A stretch of DNA of 64,000 nucleotides from Eledone cirrhosa. Lineage: Eukaryota. This document shows positions 57,198 to 64,000 of this stretch, in pieces. The position numbers were made by a program, and so were the translations under genes. Position 1 is the first letter of the stretch; each line of letters begins with the position of its first letter. Location: positions 42,346,001 through 42,410,000 of the forward strand of contig OZ024752.1 of the NCBI GenBank assembly GCA_964016885.1. The letters run 5' to 3'. The notes beneath the pieces are model-generated. The model was not told where the DNA came from, made no database searches, and saw only the letters and a program-made list of their open reading frames with translations.

Positions 57198-57994
57198 GAA
57201 AAAAAAAACAAAAAAAAAAACTAGCAACAACAGCAGCAACAACAACAATAACAACAATAACAACAATAACAGCAACAATAGCAGCAACAATAGCAGCAAC
57301 AGCAGCAACAACAACAATAACAACAATAGCAGCAACAATAGCAGCAACAACAACAATAGCAACAATAACAGCAACAACAGCAGCAACAACAGCAACAGCA
57401 GCAACAATAACAACAATAGCAGCAGCAACAACAACAATAACAACAATAACAGCAACAATATCAGCAGCAACAACAGCAACAACGACAACAACGATGATAA
57501 TTTTATTGGCTTTTATTGGCCACAAGGGCCCAAGACGTTGGGGCCAATACAAGGACGAAATACAACAAAAACAACGAAAATAACAATAATAAAAATAAGG
57601 AGGGGGAGGGAAGGATGTGGTGAAGAAGAAGAAGAAGAAGAAGAAGAAGAAGAAGAAGAAGAAGAAGAAGAAGAAGAAAGAGAAAAAGAAGAAGAAGTAG
57701 AAGAAAGAGAAAAAGAAGAAGAAGTAGAAGAAAGAGAAAGAGAAAAAGATGAAGTAGAAGAAAGAGAAAAAGAAGAAGAAGAAGAAGTAGAAGAAAGAGA
57801 AAAAGATGAAAAAGAGGAAGAAGAAGAAGAAGAAAGAGAAGAAGATGAAGAAGAAGAAAGAGAAGAAGATGATGGAGAAGAAGAAGAAGAAGAAGAAGAA
57901 AGAGAAGAAGAAGATGATGGAGAAGAAGAAGAATGCTAAGTCGAGTGACCCCCCCCTTTCTCCTCATACGTAACTGACACCCTCCACATCAAGT

Positions 57995-59400
<1,406 letters not shown>

Positions 59401-59740
59401 ATCACACACGTCAGTCCAATCTCTGTAGAATGTGTTGTGGTATAACAAGATGAAAGGTTGAGAAAATAGGCTTTCTTGAAAAATGGTAGGAAATAAATTG
59501 TTGTCTTCCCTTTTTTTACAGAAATCTTCATCTTTTGACACTGGACGGTGGGGGGGGGGGATAAGATATAGTGAATGTCAAGTAGATGGATAGATAGAGA
59601 GGGAGAGGTTGACAGGTAGAGAGAGAGAGAGAGAGGGGGGGGGGGGTACAGGTAGATACGTAGAGAGAGAAAGGGGGTAGATAGATAGATACAGAGATAG
59701 GAAGATAGGTAGATATAGAGATATATGGATATATATATAT

Positions 59741-59812
<72 letters not shown>

Positions 59813-59817
<5 letters not shown>

Positions 59818-59935
59818 AAAAAGTGTGACCCTTTTTCCTATTACACTTTTTCCTATTTCCAACTCTACTACTCTAAGTATTGAGTACTCTGGTGCGTTAT
59901 GGTCCATCTGGTTCCTTACCACATTTCCTTTGTTA
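59813..59935 (+). mobile_element. Short copy of the 31047 family with a 14-bp 5' inversion
   Basis: ATAGGAAAAAGTGT / ACACTTTTTCCTAT, then the shared 3' sequence; (TA)n flanks. Confidence 0.7.
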
Positions 59936-59982
<47 letters not shown>

Positions 59983-60002
59983 GTATATATATATATATGT
60001 AC

Positions 60003-60059
<57 letters not shown>

Positions 60060-60084
60060 GGTATATATATATATACATATACAT

Positions 60085-60150
<66 letters not shown>

Positions 60151-60395
60151 TAGACATGCGCATGCAGATATGCGGGCAAATAGGTCGACTGAGGAGGAGG
60201 GAGGAGGGAGGAGGAGGGAAGAGGAGGGAGGAAGGGGAGGGGAGGGGCAACGACATAGCAATGGAAGATAGAACCAAGTATTACAAAACTGTGTCGTAAC
60301 TTCAAAAAGAAAATGAAACTTCGGCTGTCTGTCTGTCTGTCTCTCTGTCTGTCTGTCTCTCTCTCTGTCTCTCTGTCTGTCTGTCTGTATGTCTT

Positions 60396-60430
<35 letters not shown>

Positions 60431-60491
60431 GTCTCTCTGTCTGTCTGTATGTCTGTCTGTCTGTATGTCTGTCTGTCTGTCTGTCTGTCTC

Positions 60492-60522
<31 letters not shown>

Positions 60523-60872
60523 GTGTGTCTGTCTGTCTGTCTGTCTCTCTGTGTGTCTGTCTGTCTCTCTGCCTGTCTGTCTGTCTCTCTGTCTCTCTGT
60601 CTGTCTGTCTGTCTGCCTGTCTGTCTCTCTGTGTGTCTGTCTGTATGTCTGTCTCTCTGCCTGTCTGTCTGTCTCTACCCTCTACACACCCACTCACGCA
60701 CACACTGTCACCACCATCACCACATCGCTCCCGATCCATCTCCTTCTTCTCCTTCTTCTACTTCTTCTCTCCCCTCCTCATTCTTCTTCTTCTTCTTCTT
60801 CTTCTTCTTCTTCTTCTTCTTCTTCTTCTTCTCTCCCACTCCTCATTCTTCTTCTTCTTCTTCTTCTTCTTC

Positions 60873-60932
<60 letters not shown>

Positions 60933-61225
60933 TTTTTCTTCTCTCCCACTCCTCATTCTTCTTCTTCTTCTTCTTCTTCTTCTTCTTCTTCATTACAAAC
61001 AATTAGATATTTGTCCTTTCTTTTTAATATTCCCTCCACTCATCAAATGGTTGAAATAATAATTTGAGCATGTATATCTTTATCAAGGATAGGGAGGGAA
61101 GGACGGCAGGAAGCAATAGGTAGATAACTAAAGAAAGGGAGAGAGGCAGGGGATATATATATATATAGAGAGAGAGAGAGACAGGTGCATAGAGAGGGAT
61201 AGAGACAAAGGCATATATATATATA

Positions 61226-61334
<109 letters not shown>

Positions 61335-61393
61335 ATGTGTATTTATATATATATATATAGAGAAAGAGAGAGAGAGAGGCAGACAAACAGACA

Positions 61394-61443
<50 letters not shown>

Positions 61444-61449
61444 TGTGTG

Positions 61450-61551
<102 letters not shown>

Positions 61552-61724
61552 GAAAGAGAGATATACAGATACATAGATAGATAGATAGATATTTAAGCAG
61601 ATAGATAGGCAAAGAAAAAGAGAGGGAGAGAGAGAGAGAGAGACAGGTGGATAAAGGAGAGATATAGGCAGATAGATAGACATAGAGTGAGTGTATATGT
61701 GTGTGTGAGTGTGTGTGTGTGTCT

Positions 61725-61808
<84 letters not shown>

Positions 61809-62004
61809 TGGGGACAGTCAGTCAGATAATTTGGGTGGGATGGGGAATATATCGTTCCGTCGTTATATGCAATCAATTTCTTTGGACTAAATTTTGTGTG
61901 AAGACACCCCCACCCCATCACCCACCCCCACACCCCCACACAACAACAACAACATCATCAACAACATTAATAAGAACAACAATAAATGTGGAGTATATAA
62001 ATAC

Positions 62005-63655
<1,651 letters not shown>

Positions 63656-63868
63656 AGATGATGGAGACATGTGAAGTACAAAAAAGTAATGAAAGAATTT
63701 AGAATGTTTCGATATAGTGATATGTAGAGGGCGGCGGCGGGGAGTAGCGGGGAGAGAGGGGGGAGAAGGAGAAGGAGTATAGATAGGTAAAGAGAGGGGG
63801 GGATAGAGGGAAAGGAAGAAGCTGGTAATGGAAGTGAAAGTGACAATGAGAGTTGAATAAAGGGAGCG

Positions 63869-63940
<72 letters not shown>

Positions 63941-64000
63941 CAGAAGGTGGCAGAGAGAGAGTGGCACAGAGAGAAGGAGGGAGAGGTGGCAGAGAGAGAG

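Noticed and set aside
57157-57939. Asn/Glu-rich 260-aa ORF
   Set aside because: Starts inside a SINE and consists of (AAC)n and (GAA)n microsatellites

Overview
Eukaryotic, repeat-dominated DNA with no host protein-coding exon that I can support. The very high microsatellite load and the SINE families look like octopus/coleoid cephalopod DNA (inference from memory, not a database result). Nearly all ORFs in the track are translations of (TA)n, (CA)n, (GTG)n, (TAG)n or (GA)n tracts. The real content is transposon-derived: (i) about 8-10 relics of Penelope-like elements (PLEs) sitting in (TA)n tracts, with inverted fold-back ends, two GIY-YIG C-terminal remnants and several minimal type-I hammerhead ribozyme motifs (best at 9144-9198, 8199-8243, 29761-29801/30116-30156 and 30526-30566); (ii) four tRNA-derived SINE families, including a near-identical 10 x 196-bp tandem SINE array (18453-20446) and a nested SINE trimer; (iii) RTE LINE 3' ends, one with a 5 x 81-bp in-frame expansion, plus a ~610-bp non-autonomous RTE derivative with a covarying structured 5' end; (iv) R4/Dong-like RLE LINE 3' fragments inserted in (TACA)n; (v) hAT and Tc1/mariner MITEs and many minisatellites. 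Coordinates were counted by hand and may be off by a few bases.
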